A stretch of DNA of 64,000 bases. Source: an uncultured Candidatus Saccharibacteria bacterium (GTDB lineage: Bacteria > Patescibacteriota > Minisyncoccia > Phycocordibacterales > UBA12088). A program made the translations under genes and the position numbers. The notes beneath the pieces were generated by a model that was given only the letters and a program-made list of their open reading frames with translations, ran no database searches and was not told the origin of the DNA. The stretch lies in contig CAYLHB010000001.1 of the NCBI GenBank assembly GCA_964383505.1, forward strand, positions 1,232-65,231, given 5' to 3'. Shown one piece after another: positions 37,310-47,941 of this stretch; positions within the stretch are counted from its first letter, which is position 1, and each line of letters begins with the position of its first letter.

Positions 37310-39283
37310 ATGCTGGAAGAGGAGAGTAGCATCGAGAGAGTGCGCAAGCGCATCTACGCGAAACAGGCACAGAGCACCGTGCATCAGCGCAGGCCGCTCC
37401 ATGAGGAGGCGTACAAGGTTGAGTCGTCGTGGGGTACTAACGAACCCGCCTCGTTGGGCGAGAGTGAGCCGAACGATGTGTCGCGTGCGTACGATCCATG
37501 GACGCTATCAAAGCCGGTGGGTATGTCTGCACGAGCAGGCAGTTCGAGCTTATTGAGAAAGTTTACCGTCATAGTTTTTTCCATAAGTACTCTCTTTTTC
37601 TTGGTCGCGGTTGGCATCGGGGGGTACGTGTACTATACGGGGCGCTCCGAGGTGCGCCCTCCAACCCTCTCGTGGAGCGGCCCTCTATCGGTAGGTGCGG
37701 GGGATGAGGTACTCTACATGCTCACGATACAGAACCCGAATATGGTACCACTCCTCGCGGCTGACCTGCGTGTGCAGTTTCCGCCGGGAGCACGCTCCCC
37801 CAACAACTTCGATGTGGCACTCACTGAGTACCGCGAGACGTTGGGTACTATTGGGCCGCGTGAGAGTAAGACGGCCACGATACGTGCGGTGCTTTTTGGT
37901 CCCGAAGAGGCGACGCAGGCGATTGGAACAACGCTTGCGTATCGGCTCACCGATTCCGAAACCACGTTTACCTCGCACAGCAGTACCACCGTGCTCCTTT
38001 CGCGTGCACCGGTTTCGCTTTCCGTCAAAGGGGTGGAAGAGCATACCAGCGGCCAGCCACTCACTCTTACCGTGGAGCTTGCGAGTAGTGCGAGTAAACC
38101 GGTTCGTGCAGTGGCCCTACGCGCACTGTATCCGCCCGGATTTCAGGTCACCTCTGTTCAGCCGCGCCCGGAGGAGGGCAATGAGTACTGGAAGCTTGGT
38201 GACATGCCGACAGGCACAAAAAAGACTTTCACTATCTCGGGTATACTCATTGGGAATGGAGGTGAGGATCGTGTGTTTCGGTTCGAGGTGGGTCAAGAAG
38301 GCACAAAGGGCTCGCTTGCGGGTGTTCTCAACACTTCAACGTATACGGTAGCGCTCACGCGCCCGTTCCTCGACATTGCCCTTAATCTTGGGGAAGCGAG
38401 TGGCGAGGTGTTGGTGGTAAAGCCGAACTCGACGGTGGCAGGAAGTGTTGGATGGAAGAACAACCTTGCGTATCCCCTTTCGGACGTGGAGGTAGAAGCA
38501 ACACTCAAGGGATCAATTTTGGACAGGCAATCTGTGCAGGTGAGTAATGGGTTCTACCGTTCACTCGATGAGACGTTGGTGTGGACAAAACAGACCGACA
38601 AGAATTTGGAGCTTGTATCTCCCGGTGAGTCGGGCACGCTCAATTTTTCGTTTCAGTCGCTTGGCCTCGCACCTTCGACGGGGGCGCGAAATCCATCAAT
38701 GACTTTAGAGATAAGCGTTCGGGCGAAGCGTATCGGGCAAGACAACGTGCCGGAGACGCTAGAACGGGTGAGTACCCGCACCGTGCGGCTTGAAACGGTG
38801 CTTACACTCTCTCCGCGCGCTGTCTGGAGCGTCGGTCCATTTATAAACAGTGGACCGGTTCCCCCACGCGCAGATCAAACTACCACCTACACTATTCTTT
38901 GGTCACTCACCAACAGTACCAATGAGGCGAAGGATGTCGAGCTTTCAGCCGAGCTCCCCATTTACGTGGAGTGGAGAAATGTCATCTCTCCCGAAGGGGC
39001 GGAGGTGCGGTTTGATGAGACGAGCAGAAAAGTATCGTGGCGCGTAGGTGCAGTAGCGGCCGGCGCAGGGTACGAGTCGCAGGCACCCGAAGTCGCATTT
39101 CAGATAGCGGTTACCCCGAGCGTGGCTCAACAAGGGAGTGAGATATCTCTCATCGAGTCGCAAACCCTTCGCGGAGTTGACCGCTTCACCGGAAGCGTGA
39201 TAGAAACCACGTACCCGGATCTCACCAGCCGTCTTACCACTGACCCTGCGTTTGCAGGTCAGAAAGGTACGGTTTTGCGGTAG
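37310..39283 (+). CDS. hypothetical large membrane-anchored extracellular protein (~658 aa); start uncertain (the ORF opens at 37265 and overlaps the recO end)
   Basis: Cytoplasmic N-tail, TM segment FTVIVFSISTLFFLVAVGIGGYVYY, then a long beta-rich ectodomain. No recognisable catalytic motif. Confidence 0.5.
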   Translation: MLEEESSIERVRKRIYAKQAQSTVHQRRPLHEEAYKVESSWGTNEPASLGESEPNDVSRAYDPWTLSKPVGMSARAGSSSLLRKFTVIVFSISTLFFLVAVGIGGYVYYTGRSEVRPPTLSWSGPLSVGAGDEVLYMLTIQNPNMVPLLAADLRVQFPPGARSPNNFDVALTEYRETLGTIGPRESKTATIRAVLFGPEEATQAIGTTLAYRLTDSETTFTSHSSTTVLLSRAPVSLSVKGVEEHTSGQPLTLTVELASSASKPVRAVALRALYPPGFQVTSVQPRPEEGNEYWKLGDMPTGTKKTFTISGILIGNGGEDRVFRFEVGQEGTKGSLAGVLNTSTYTVALTRPFLDIALNLGEASGEVLVVKPNSTVAGSVGWKNNLAYPLSDVEVEATLKGSILDRQSVQVSNGFYRSLDETLVWTKQTDKNLELVSPGESGTLNFSFQSLGLAPSTGARNPSMTLEISVRAKRIGQDNVPETLERVSTRTVRLETVLTLSPRAVWSVGPFINSGPVPPRADQTTTYTILWSLTNSTNEAKDVELSAELPIYVEWRNVISPEGAEVRFDETSRKVSWRVGAVAAGAGYESQAPEVAFQIAVTPSVAQQGSEISLIESQTLRGVDRFTGSVIETTYPDLTSRLTTDPAFAGQKGTVLR

Positions 39284-39286
39284 GCC

Positions 39287-40648
39287 ATGGTAGCACACAC
39301 GAAACTTGAAGATATCGTCGCACTCTGCAAACGCAGAGGGTTTGTGTACCAGGGGTCCGAAGTATATGGCGGCCTTGCTGGTACATGGGACTATGGTCCG
39401 CTCGGCGTTGCGCTCAAGAACAACATTAAACAACTTTGGTGGCGCATGTTCGTGGACGAGAGAGACGACGTGTATGGTATCGATGCGTCCATCCTTCTCA
39501 ATGCAAAGGTGGTGAAGGCGAGCGGGCACGTCGATACCTTCACCGACCCATTGGTTGAGGATGTGGTGACCAAGCGGAGGTACCGCGCCGACCTCCTTTT
39601 GGAGGATGCGGGAGAAAATCCTGCGGGCCTTTCGCTCGAAGCGCTCAACCGAGCAATTAAAGAGAAAAAGCTCGTGAGTCCTGATGGTAATGCACTGGGC
39701 GACGTGCGCACGTTCAACCTCATGTGCAAGACGTATGTGGGAGCGACAGAGGATGAGTCCGCACTCGCATACTTTAGGCCGGAGACCGCCCAGGGTATAT
39801 TCATCAATTTTAAAAACGTGGTTGATTCCATGCACCCGAAAATACCTTTTGGTATCGCGCAAATAGGGAAGGCGTATAGGAACGAGATAGCTCCAAGAGA
39901 TTTTATATTCAGAATACGAGAACTAGAGCAAATGGAAATTGAGTACTTCGTCCACCCGAACGGGTGGGAAGAGCATTTTGAAATGTGGCGCGGATTAGTG
40001 CACGAGTGGTGTACTCGCATGGGCTTTCAAAGCGGGGCGGTGCATGAGCTCGAGGTTGCGGACCAGGACAGGGCGTTCTACAGCAAGCGCACTATTGATT
40101 TTGAGTACGAGTTCCCGTTTGGTCGCAAGGAGCTGTTGGGACTCGCGTATCGGACCGACTATGACCTCAGAGGACACGGGAGCGCAAGCGGTGTCGATTT
40201 CTCGTACCTTGATGAGAAAACGGGCGAGAGGTTTGTTCCCCATGTGATTGAGCCGTCGTTCGGTGTCGAGCGAGCGTTCCTCGCAGTGCTGACGAGCGCG
40301 TATGCGGTTGATGTACTCGGAGGCGAGTCACGGACGGTACTACGGTTACCTTACGAGCTTGCTCCAGTAAAGGTGGCGGTATTTCCGCTCCTCAAAAACA
40401 AACCAGAACTCGTCGCGAAAGCGCGAGCGGTTGCATCGAGTGTAAAGCGAGTAATCCCCCACACATCGTTTGACGACAACGGTAACATCGGAAAACGGTA
40501 CCGCCGCCAAGACGAAATCGGCACCCCCTACTGCGTGACGATAGACTTTGAGACGCTCGAGAACGACACGGTCACCCTACGAGACCGTGATTCCGGTGCC
40601 CAGCGCCGAGTGCCCATCGCGAACCTGGTGTCGGAACTGATAGCGTAA
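39287..40648 (+). CDS. glyQS: glycine--tRNA ligase (class II, alpha2 type)
   Basis: 453 aa. N-terminus MVAHTKLEDIVALCKRRGFVYQGSEVYGGLAGTWDYGPLG and class II motifs 2 and 3. Confidence 0.9.
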   Translation: MVAHTKLEDIVALCKRRGFVYQGSEVYGGLAGTWDYGPLGVALKNNIKQLWWRMFVDERDDVYGIDASILLNAKVVKASGHVDTFTDPLVEDVVTKRRYRADLLLEDAGENPAGLSLEALNRAIKEKKLVSPDGNALGDVRTFNLMCKTYVGATEDESALAYFRPETAQGIFINFKNVVDSMHPKIPFGIAQIGKAYRNEIAPRDFIFRIRELEQMEIEYFVHPNGWEEHFEMWRGLVHEWCTRMGFQSGAVHELEVADQDRAFYSKRTIDFEYEFPFGRKELLGLAYRTDYDLRGHGSASGVDFSYLDEKTGERFVPHVIEPSFGVERAFLAVLTSAYAVDVLGGESRTVLRLPYELAPVKVAVFPLLKNKPELVAKARAVASSVKRVIPHTSFDDNGNIGKRYRRQDEIGTPYCVTIDFETLENDTVTLRDRDSGAQRRVPIANLVSELIA

Positions 40649-40693
40649 ACAGCTCGCTTTGCAGAATAGGTCGTGCGCGAGTAGAATGCGCTC

Positions 40694-41761
40694 ATGGACC
40701 GGCGAGACATCACCATTTCCATTACACCGAGCAGTGTGGGGCTTGTACTCCTCCTCCTTACCGGCGCGTACGTCGCGTACCTCCTGCGCGATCTCATCCT
40801 TATCGTGTTTACCGCTATTGTGCTCGCCTCGGCAATTGAGCCGTTGGCGCAAAAGCTCGTGAAGTGGGGTTTGGGGAGAATTCTTGCGGTGGTGCTCATT
40901 TACCTCGCATCGGTGGCTCTCTTGAGCGTGTTGTTCTACTTTTTCATGCCGCCGCTTTTACGAGAGGCGAATGCATTCCTCACAATGGCTCCCAAGTACC
41001 TTGAGACATTTGGTCTCAATACGGTTTCCGTGGGTACATCTGCTCAGTCGTTGCCGATCTATGCACAGGACATTCTCAAGCTTCAAGGGCTCCTCTCCGC
41101 TTCGTCGGCCGGTCTCCTTGCGGTTGCGGGCACCATTTTCGGCGGGCTCATATCTTTCTCACTCATCGTTGTGCTCTCGTTCTACTTCGCGGTACAAGAT
41201 CAAGGCATCGATGACTTTTTGCGCCTTGTGAGCCCCGTGCGCCACCAAGCGTACATCCTTAACTTGTGGCGCCGTAGTCAACGGAAAATGGGGCGGTGGT
41301 TTCAAGGCCAGCTCATCCTCTCACTCATTGTGGGTGTGCTCATCTATGTGGGTCTCCTTGTGCTGAGCATTTGGTCTGATGTACGGTACCCATTTCTTCT
41401 TGCGGTGGTCGCCGCACTGTTTGAGCTCATTCCCGTGTTTGGCTCTATTCTCGCCGCGATACCTGCGGTCGCGCTCTCATTTTTCTCGGGCGGTGTGCCG
41501 CTCGCGCTTTGGGTCATTGCACTCTACTTTTTCGTGAACCAAGTGCAGGGGAATGTCATCTATCCGATGGTAGTTCAAAAAGTATTGGGGGTCCCCCCGC
41601 TCGTGGTCATCTTGGCAATCGTTGTGGGTGCACAGCTCGCGGGATTTTTCGGCATCCTTGTTGCGGTGCCTGTCGCGGCGGCATTTCAAGAGTACGTGAC
41701 CGATATCATGAAGCGAAAGGAGCGTGCACTGCTTGAGTCGCGCGCGAGCGACCACGTATGA
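40694..41761 (+). CDS. AI-2E family transporter (PerM/UPF0118)
   Basis: 355 aa with 8 TM helices and the AI-2E topology. Conserved WFQGQL...ILVAVP region. Confidence 0.8.
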   Translation: MDRRDITISITPSSVGLVLLLLTGAYVAYLLRDLILIVFTAIVLASAIEPLAQKLVKWGLGRILAVVLIYLASVALLSVLFYFFMPPLLREANAFLTMAPKYLETFGLNTVSVGTSAQSLPIYAQDILKLQGLLSASSAGLLAVAGTIFGGLISFSLIVVLSFYFAVQDQGIDDFLRLVSPVRHQAYILNLWRRSQRKMGRWFQGQLILSLIVGVLIYVGLLVLSIWSDVRYPFLLAVVAALFELIPVFGSILAAIPAVALSFFSGGVPLALWVIALYFFVNQVQGNVIYPMVVQKVLGVPPLVVILAIVVGAQLAGFFGILVAVPVAAAFQEYVTDIMKRKERALLESRASDHV

Positions 41762-43227
41762 GTAGGCGCGTGTTCGTCACTGCGGCGATTCCCTATGTGA
41801 ATGCCGCTCCCCACATAGGTCACGCGGAAGAGTACGTCTACGCGGATGTGCTCGCGCGGTACCACCGTCTTCTAGGCCACGACACGTTTTTCCTCTGCGG
41901 TACGGATGATAATGCGTTTAAAAACGTGCAAAAGGCAGAGGAGGCAGGAGAGCATGTTGTCGATTACGTGGCGCGACACACCGAGCGCTTTATGTCGCTC
42001 CTGCGTGAGCTCTCAATAAGTAACGACGATTTCATTCGCACCTCAGTCGATGGGCGGCACCGACAAGGCGCCGCGAAGCTTTGGCGGTCGTGCAGGCCCG
42101 ATGATATTTTCAAAAAGAGGTACACCGGTCTCTACTGTGTCGGGTGCGAAGAATTTAAGTTTGAGAAAGATTTGGTGGACGGCTGCTGTCCAGAGCACCC
42201 TCGCGCACGTCTCGAACGTATTGATGAGGAAAACTACTTTTTTCGGTTGAGTATATATGGTGCGCGACTTACCGATATGCTTACCACAGGGGAGCTCAAG
42301 GTGGTTCCTGAGAGCAGAAAGAACGAGCTCCTCGCATTCCTTGCGACCGGCCTTGATGATTTAAGTATCTCTCGCAACAAAGAGCGGATGCGCGGGTGGG
42401 GCATCGAGGTGCCCGACGACCCCTCACAGGTGATGTACGTGTGGCTCGACGCGCTCTCTAACTACATCACTGCACTTGGCTATGCAGATGGGGCACAAAC
42501 CTACCTACGGTTTTGGAAAGAGGCCGATGACATCATCCATGTGATAGGGAAGGGCATCACGCGCTTCCACGCCCTCTACTGGCCGGCATTTCTCCTTTCT
42601 GCGGGCGAGCGCCTCCCCACAAGCATTTTCGCCCACGCGTACCTTACGGTGGACGGCGCGAAGATGAGCAAATCGCTCGGGAACGTGATAGATCCCTTCG
42701 AGCTTATTCAAACCTATGGTGCGGAAGCGGTGCGCTACTTCTTCGCTCGCGAGGTTTCGCCCTTCGAGGATTCCGATGTGACCCACACGCGCTTTCACGA
42801 AGCGTACAACGCAAACCTCGCAAATGGCCTCGGCAATTTCACCGCACGCGTGATGAAGCTCGCGACAACGCATCTCACCGAGCCGATGCAGCTTCGCGAC
42901 GAGGACAAGGCGTTCGACTCGAGGGTGGGTGAGGCGATTGAGCAGTTCGCCTTCAACCGTGCGATGGACATCATTTTTGAGTACATCGGTGAGGGCGATG
43001 CGTACATGCAGGAGCACCAGCCGTACCGAACAATCAAATCACCCGAGACTCACAGTAAGGCCATATTGGATATCGAGTTCCTTACTCGACGTCTCTTTAA
43101 GATTGCTACACAGCTTACCCCCTTCATGCCTGCGACCGCTGAATTGATACGAAATGCAGTTTCTTTGCACCACATGCCACCCGCACTATTTCTTCGAAAA
43201 GAACTACCACCTACCTCGTTTCAATAA
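41758..43227 (+). CDS. metG: methionine--tRNA ligase (core-only form, no C-terminal tRNA-binding domain)
   Basis: AIPYVNAAPHIGHA (HIGH), Zn knuckle CxxC...CC, and KMSKSLGNVIDP. Confidence 0.9.
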   Translation: MSRRVFVTAAIPYVNAAPHIGHAEEYVYADVLARYHRLLGHDTFFLCGTDDNAFKNVQKAEEAGEHVVDYVARHTERFMSLLRELSISNDDFIRTSVDGRHRQGAAKLWRSCRPDDIFKKRYTGLYCVGCEEFKFEKDLVDGCCPEHPRARLERIDEENYFFRLSIYGARLTDMLTTGELKVVPESRKNELLAFLATGLDDLSISRNKERMRGWGIEVPDDPSQVMYVWLDALSNYITALGYADGAQTYLRFWKEADDIIHVIGKGITRFHALYWPAFLLSAGERLPTSIFAHAYLTVDGAKMSKSLGNVIDPFELIQTYGAEAVRYFFAREVSPFEDSDVTHTRFHEAYNANLANGLGNFTARVMKLATTHLTEPMQLRDEDKAFDSRVGEAIEQFAFNRAMDIIFEYIGEGDAYMQEHQPYRTIKSPETHSKAILDIEFLTRRLFKIATQLTPFMPATAELIRNAVSLHHMPPALFLRKELPPTSFQ

Positions 43228-46216
43228 ACCTGGAAACGAGCACAAACACCGATGCTGTTTCTTGTATGGGCAAGCCGGCCGTGTTGGTGCAGGCAATATT
43301 AAATGTGGTCACTTTATCAATTCCTAGCGTAGTAACTCGCCCCACAACTCTATGTTGAGGATTCGCGTTTAAGGGGTAACTCGAACCATCAGAACCTTTG
43401 ATCACACATGACCCCACATTTTCAGCATAAAACTCCAACTGTACCCTTGCTCCAACGTTGACGATTTGTTGACTTGACCTGATAAGTATAGAGTGTTCAC
43501 CCTCCTCCTTATCACTGTCCACAGATGTACAATCGGTATCAGCAGTCGCGCCTGGAGGTGCTATGAAATCCACACCACCGTCTGTGTCATTATCGCTCAA
43601 ATCATTACACTGCGGATGTACCGTTATTGTTCCCAACGAGCTGCAGTTGTTATTTTCGTCGAGTTCCCAAACCTGACCCTCGTAAACGCTTATGTCTTGA
43701 TCTGCACATACATCGAGCTCGTAGGTTCCTACTTGAGCGACCCATCCATCAAACTCTGCATCGAAAGAGCTTCCTGCTGACAAACTAGGAACATTCAGTG
43801 CGCTGAGCCATGTACCGGTGGTACGATCTCTCAACACGCTCAAAAAGTTTCCTGCATCCATGGTGGAGGCGCATGTGGGAGCACAGTGAACTCCGTTACG
43901 AAAATCACTGTTGTACAGCGTAGCTCGTATAGTAGTTCGTAGCCCCGAAGTAGTGGTACCGATAATTTGTGAGGTATCAACAACCAGATCAGGTAACCGA
44001 ATAGGATCAATAGTATCTTGCCCAATCTCTATGAGATCAAGAGGTCGTGTAAAATACTCGGCTGTTTGCATTTGCCTCGTATTGTTTTCCAAATGGTAGT
44101 CGGGGCTCGTTGAAGCGGTAAGAATGCGTATACCCGTGTTGTCTACAATTATGGTCCCAACCAACTCAACCGCACTGCCTGGTTCTAGTGGTGGGACATT
44201 GATGGAAGCGAAGTGACGCATCTGTCCAGATCCGTAGTATCTATCCTCGTACATGTCAAGTGTGGCAGGTGTGCTCGTGGCACCATTGGTACCAGGAAGT
44301 ACCTCATTGCGTACACGAGCATGTAGTGTAATCGAATCTCCAACGTATCGACTCGACGAGGAGTAGGTTGCCCAAAGACTTTCTATTGAGAGATCAATAG
44401 GCGGATTTGTGGTATCAATGGGGGGACGAATGGTCACGGATGGGGGACTGACAGAGAATTGATAGCAGTTGTTGTCTTCCCCATCTTCCTTTACGTTTCC
44501 TTGGTTCCCTGGGACCCAAAACTCAGTAGGCGCGTCAATACATACTTCACGAATCGAGTGTGTTGAATTGATTGGAGGATTATTCCATGTCCCAACGAGC
44601 TTTCGGTACCCACCTGATACAGGTGCCCAGGTGGTGATGGGTGAGGGTGTTTTTCCTTCTTGTACAACATCAAATATCACTACATCATTGGAAGCGTCGT
44701 CGTCATCATACACATCTATAGTTGTCCGTACACTAAATGGTCCGATCGCGGTTCCTTGACCGACATTTTTAAAGCCCGCCATGATGTAGAGCGGTTTTCC
44801 AGCTTCCCACGAGGTACAAGTAAAAAGTGGGTCTGTATCGCAATCAAACCATGGGTAGTTGTGTTGCCAGTAATTATAGGTGAAACCATCAAATCCAGGA
44901 TTTCCGTTTGAAGCGAAATCGGGAAGATTGATAGTATCCTTTACGACGAAAGGGGTACTGGGAGGGGAAACCGCTTTTGTGATTCCCGCTCCATTCTTTG
45001 CCACCAGTACAATCGACACGTTTGAGTTTACTGGAAACGTGCCAATAGAGTACGATGGTTCGAGCCAGTACCATCGTGCAGTACCATCAGGGTTTTGTTT
45101 TGTAGCACTCTGTATTCTCACCCCATTAACAAAAAGCTCAAGACTGGTGACGCCTGACATATCTTCTCCCGCATTCGCTCGAACAAACACTTCTTGCGTA
45201 TAGTCAGGTTCTGTGGGCCAGTAGGTGATAACAGGATCAGGGGCGGTGCTGTCTAAGCTAAATGTGCCCCACCCGACCCACCCAGACTTAGGGTTAGGGC
45301 TTCGTGAAAGTTCTCCCCATCCGTTTAACCCAACGTATACCCCCCATCGATACATACCGTTCGGAAGATGAAGATTGTTTAAGGAGTATAGACCAGGACC
45401 TCCTGCGATAGGAACCACAGACTCAAACGTTTCATAGGTCATGGTGTTTTGTGCGATGACTTTTAGCTCACTAACCCCGGTTGCATTATGAAAGGGGAGC
45501 ATAGGAAGATCATTTAACCGCACCAAAAAAGTTGGGTTTGTCGAAGAAGCCCATCCGGAAATAGGACGAACCAGTTCAATATCTGGTCTTTGGCTTGCCT
45601 GTTTTAGGTGAATATGTCCCTTCACGATTCGTCCGTGTGCAGATTTGCTATCATCACTTTTAGTCCATGCGATACTGCTAGAAAAATTATGGTAGTGACC
45701 ATTACCATTAATACTTACTCCTAGTATATGTTTTTCAACATCAAAACAGAGTTCAGGAGAAACGATATCGGTCTCTGTTACATTAGAAATCGGCGTACCT
45801 GTTATCTTATCGCGAGTTGCAAGTGCAACAGTCACTGGTTGGGAAACTGGTGTTTCTGAATCGTACTCAAGTAGATCGAAAATATACAATGTTTCGCCTG
45901 CTAAGCATTTGGTGCGGTCATGAAATCCAAGGTTTTGTGCCCCAATATCAATCCAGCCCGACGATGAATTTGGAGTGCTGTTCGCAAAAGCATTGCTATC
46001 CTCTGATTGATACACCACTAAGGTAACAACTAGGCACAGTACGACCCCACTACACACCAAGTAACATGCTTTTGGGCTTTGTTTAAGCTGAAGAACGCAC
46101 GTACTTGCACCGGTACGGATTCCGCAAAGAAAGCGATACATGTGCGGTGCGTGTACTCGTACCGCGTACACGCTGTGCCGTAACCGCTTCACTACTATAC
46201 GTGATAGAGATGACAT
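43211..46216 (-). CDS. large secreted/surface protein (1001 aa from the ORF start; a more likely start is 46141) with Asp-rich Ca-binding-like motifs near the C-terminus
   Basis: Signal anchor CYLVCSGVVLCLVVTLVV. Beta-rich repeats. CNDLSDNDTDGGVDF (DxDxDG-type) near the C-terminus. Gene GC is clearly lower than the flanks. Confidence 0.55.
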   Translation of the reverse strand: MSSLSRIVVKRLRHSVYAVRVHAPHMYRFLCGIRTGASTCVLQLKQSPKACYLVCSGVVLCLVVTLVVYQSEDSNAFANSTPNSSSGWIDIGAQNLGFHDRTKCLAGETLYIFDLLEYDSETPVSQPVTVALATRDKITGTPISNVTETDIVSPELCFDVEKHILGVSINGNGHYHNFSSSIAWTKSDDSKSAHGRIVKGHIHLKQASQRPDIELVRPISGWASSTNPTFLVRLNDLPMLPFHNATGVSELKVIAQNTMTYETFESVVPIAGGPGLYSLNNLHLPNGMYRWGVYVGLNGWGELSRSPNPKSGWVGWGTFSLDSTAPDPVITYWPTEPDYTQEVFVRANAGEDMSGVTSLELFVNGVRIQSATKQNPDGTARWYWLEPSYSIGTFPVNSNVSIVLVAKNGAGITKAVSPPSTPFVVKDTINLPDFASNGNPGFDGFTYNYWQHNYPWFDCDTDPLFTCTSWEAGKPLYIMAGFKNVGQGTAIGPFSVRTTIDVYDDDDASNDVVIFDVVQEGKTPSPITTWAPVSGGYRKLVGTWNNPPINSTHSIREVCIDAPTEFWVPGNQGNVKEDGEDNNCYQFSVSPPSVTIRPPIDTTNPPIDLSIESLWATYSSSSRYVGDSITLHARVRNEVLPGTNGATSTPATLDMYEDRYYGSGQMRHFASINVPPLEPGSAVELVGTIIVDNTGIRILTASTSPDYHLENNTRQMQTAEYFTRPLDLIEIGQDTIDPIRLPDLVVDTSQIIGTTTSGLRTTIRATLYNSDFRNGVHCAPTCASTMDAGNFLSVLRDRTTGTWLSALNVPSLSAGSSFDAEFDGWVAQVGTYELDVCADQDISVYEGQVWELDENNNCSSLGTITVHPQCNDLSDNDTDGGVDFIAPPGATADTDCTSVDSDKEEGEHSILIRSSQQIVNVGARVQLEFYAENVGSCVIKGSDGSSYPLNANPQHRVVGRVTTLGIDKVTTFNIACTNTAGLPIQETASVFVLVSRFIETR

Positions 46217-46246
46217 GGTGATTGGAGGGTGCGGTGCAATGTATGA

Positions 46247-46984
46247 CTAGTAGGTTGGTACATCAAGTAGCGTTTTGGTTTGAGTCCTGCTTTGTAGTTC
46301 AACGGTATCAAGGATTGGAGTAAGGGTTGAAGGCGTGGGAAAAACATTTGTTGCCGTAGTCAGAACGCGTATTGGAGTGTGGGGAGGCAAGTCGCCATTC
46401 CACGTGAAGCGTGCCCCGTCATGGTACCATGGGGTTTCGTCAGAGACATAAAACTCAAATGTTTTTCCGGTTTTTGCTTCATAGACCTTAAGCACTTCTC
46501 TCTGTTCGTCATATACGAGCAGGTATCCACTAAGTTCGTAGTGCATGGGAAAGTGGCCTGTGTCCTCGGGCTGTGTCTTGTTCAGTTCATCAACACTGTA
46601 TCCGAGTGTTGTAAGAAACAATGTGCGCGGGTCGAGTGGAGTCTGCTGGACAATGGGAATTGATGGGTCAAGATACACTGTTTCGCGCTCTAGAATGATG
46701 ATACGTCGCACGTTGAGTAAAAACAACATGCCCAACAAAATTGTTCCGAGTAGTAGAATAAGAAAGAGGCTCTTCAAATGTGCGTCCAACCATCTTCCGA
46801 GTGGCCCGTATACTAGAGAGCCAACGAAACGTTGATTTCGGAAACGTTTAGCAAAATCACTCTGATCAAACGTTTCGAGGTAGTGGGCTACAAAGCTATG
46901 CCGTGGTTTCGGTACAAGTTCGGGATGCATGTTCGGAGTATCCATACTGTGATGTAAGAAAAACAAAAGTATATTCGATGCCAT
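46247..46984 (-). CDS. hypothetical membrane protein (245 aa), upstream partner of the large surface protein
   Basis: TM segment FLILLLGTILLGMLFLLNV. Same strand, 30 bp upstream of the 1001-aa gene. Low GC. Confidence 0.45.
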   Translation of the reverse strand: MASNILLFFLHHSMDTPNMHPELVPKPRHSFVAHYLETFDQSDFAKRFRNQRFVGSLVYGPLGRWLDAHLKSLFLILLLGTILLGMLFLLNVRRIIILERETVYLDPSIPIVQQTPLDPRTLFLTTLGYSVDELNKTQPEDTGHFPMHYELSGYLLVYDEQREVLKVYEAKTGKTFEFYVSDETPWYHDGARFTWNGDLPPHTPIRVLTTATNVFPTPSTLTPILDTVELQSRTQTKTLLDVPTY

Positions 46985-47030
46985 TCACAATCTGTATGCC
47001 TGAGTGCTACCCATGATAGTACATGGTAGT

Positions 47031-47879
47031 ATGGATACTGTGTATGTAGATGTTCACACCCACCTAAACGCCGCCGCATTTGATTGCGATCGAGATGCGG
47101 TGGTGCTCAGGACACGCGAGGCCGGTGTGGTAATGGTAAATGTCGGGACCCAGTTCGATACCTCTACACGTGCAGTTGAGCTTGCGGAGGGGTACGGGAA
47201 TGGTGTGTATGCGGCGGTGGGCCTCCACCCTGTCCACACGAGCCCCTCGCACCACGACGAAGCAGAGCTTGGTGAGTTTGGAAAAGCGTTCACCTCGCGC
47301 GGGGAGTCGTTTTCGATTGACCGGTACCGCACACTCGCGCAGAGTCCTAAGGTGGTTGCAATAGGCGAGTGCGGGCTTGACTACTACCGTGTGCTCGACG
47401 AAGCTTCCCATCGACGCCAGCGGGAGGCGTTTGAGGCACAGATTGACCTCGCCAATGAGCTCGGGAAACCGCTCATGCTCCACCTGCGAAGTGGGAATGG
47501 AAAGAATGCGTACCGTGAAGCACAAGACATTTTGAAGCATCACGCGAAGGTGGTTGGAAACAGCCACTTTTTTGCCGGCTCCCTCGAAGATGCGCACGCA
47601 TTTTGGGACATGGGCTACTCAACCTCGTTTACCGGCGTCATCACCTTCACGTGCGACTACGACGAGGTCATACGAGCAGCCCCCGTCGAGCTCATACATG
47701 CGGAAACCGATGCGCCGTACGTGGCACCCGTACCCCACAGGGGCGAGCGCAACGAGCCACGGTATGTGGCGCAGGTGGTGGAGCGCATGGCAACGATTCG
47801 AAGGGTGAGCACGGAAGAACTTACTTTTCACCTTGTACAAAACGCTAGGCATATGTTTGGAGTAAGCGACCTCTCGTAG
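47031..47879 (+). CDS. tatD: TatD-family metal-dependent hydrolase/DNase
   Basis: VDVHTHL (HxH), IGECGLDYYR, and a conserved His/Asp pattern. Confidence 0.85.
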   Translation: MDTVYVDVHTHLNAAAFDCDRDAVVLRTREAGVVMVNVGTQFDTSTRAVELAEGYGNGVYAAVGLHPVHTSPSHHDEAELGEFGKAFTSRGESFSIDRYRTLAQSPKVVAIGECGLDYYRVLDEASHRRQREAFEAQIDLANELGKPLMLHLRSGNGKNAYREAQDILKHHAKVVGNSHFFAGSLEDAHAFWDMGYSTSFTGVITFTCDYDEVIRAAPVELIHAETDAPYVAPVPHRGERNEPRYVAQVVERMATIRRVSTEELTFHLVQNARHMFGVSDLS

Positions 47880-47941
47880 GCGTTGCGAAGTACGCTTCCG
47901 TGTGGTACGGTGTGCCGACATTAGCAAGGTAACAAAAGAGA

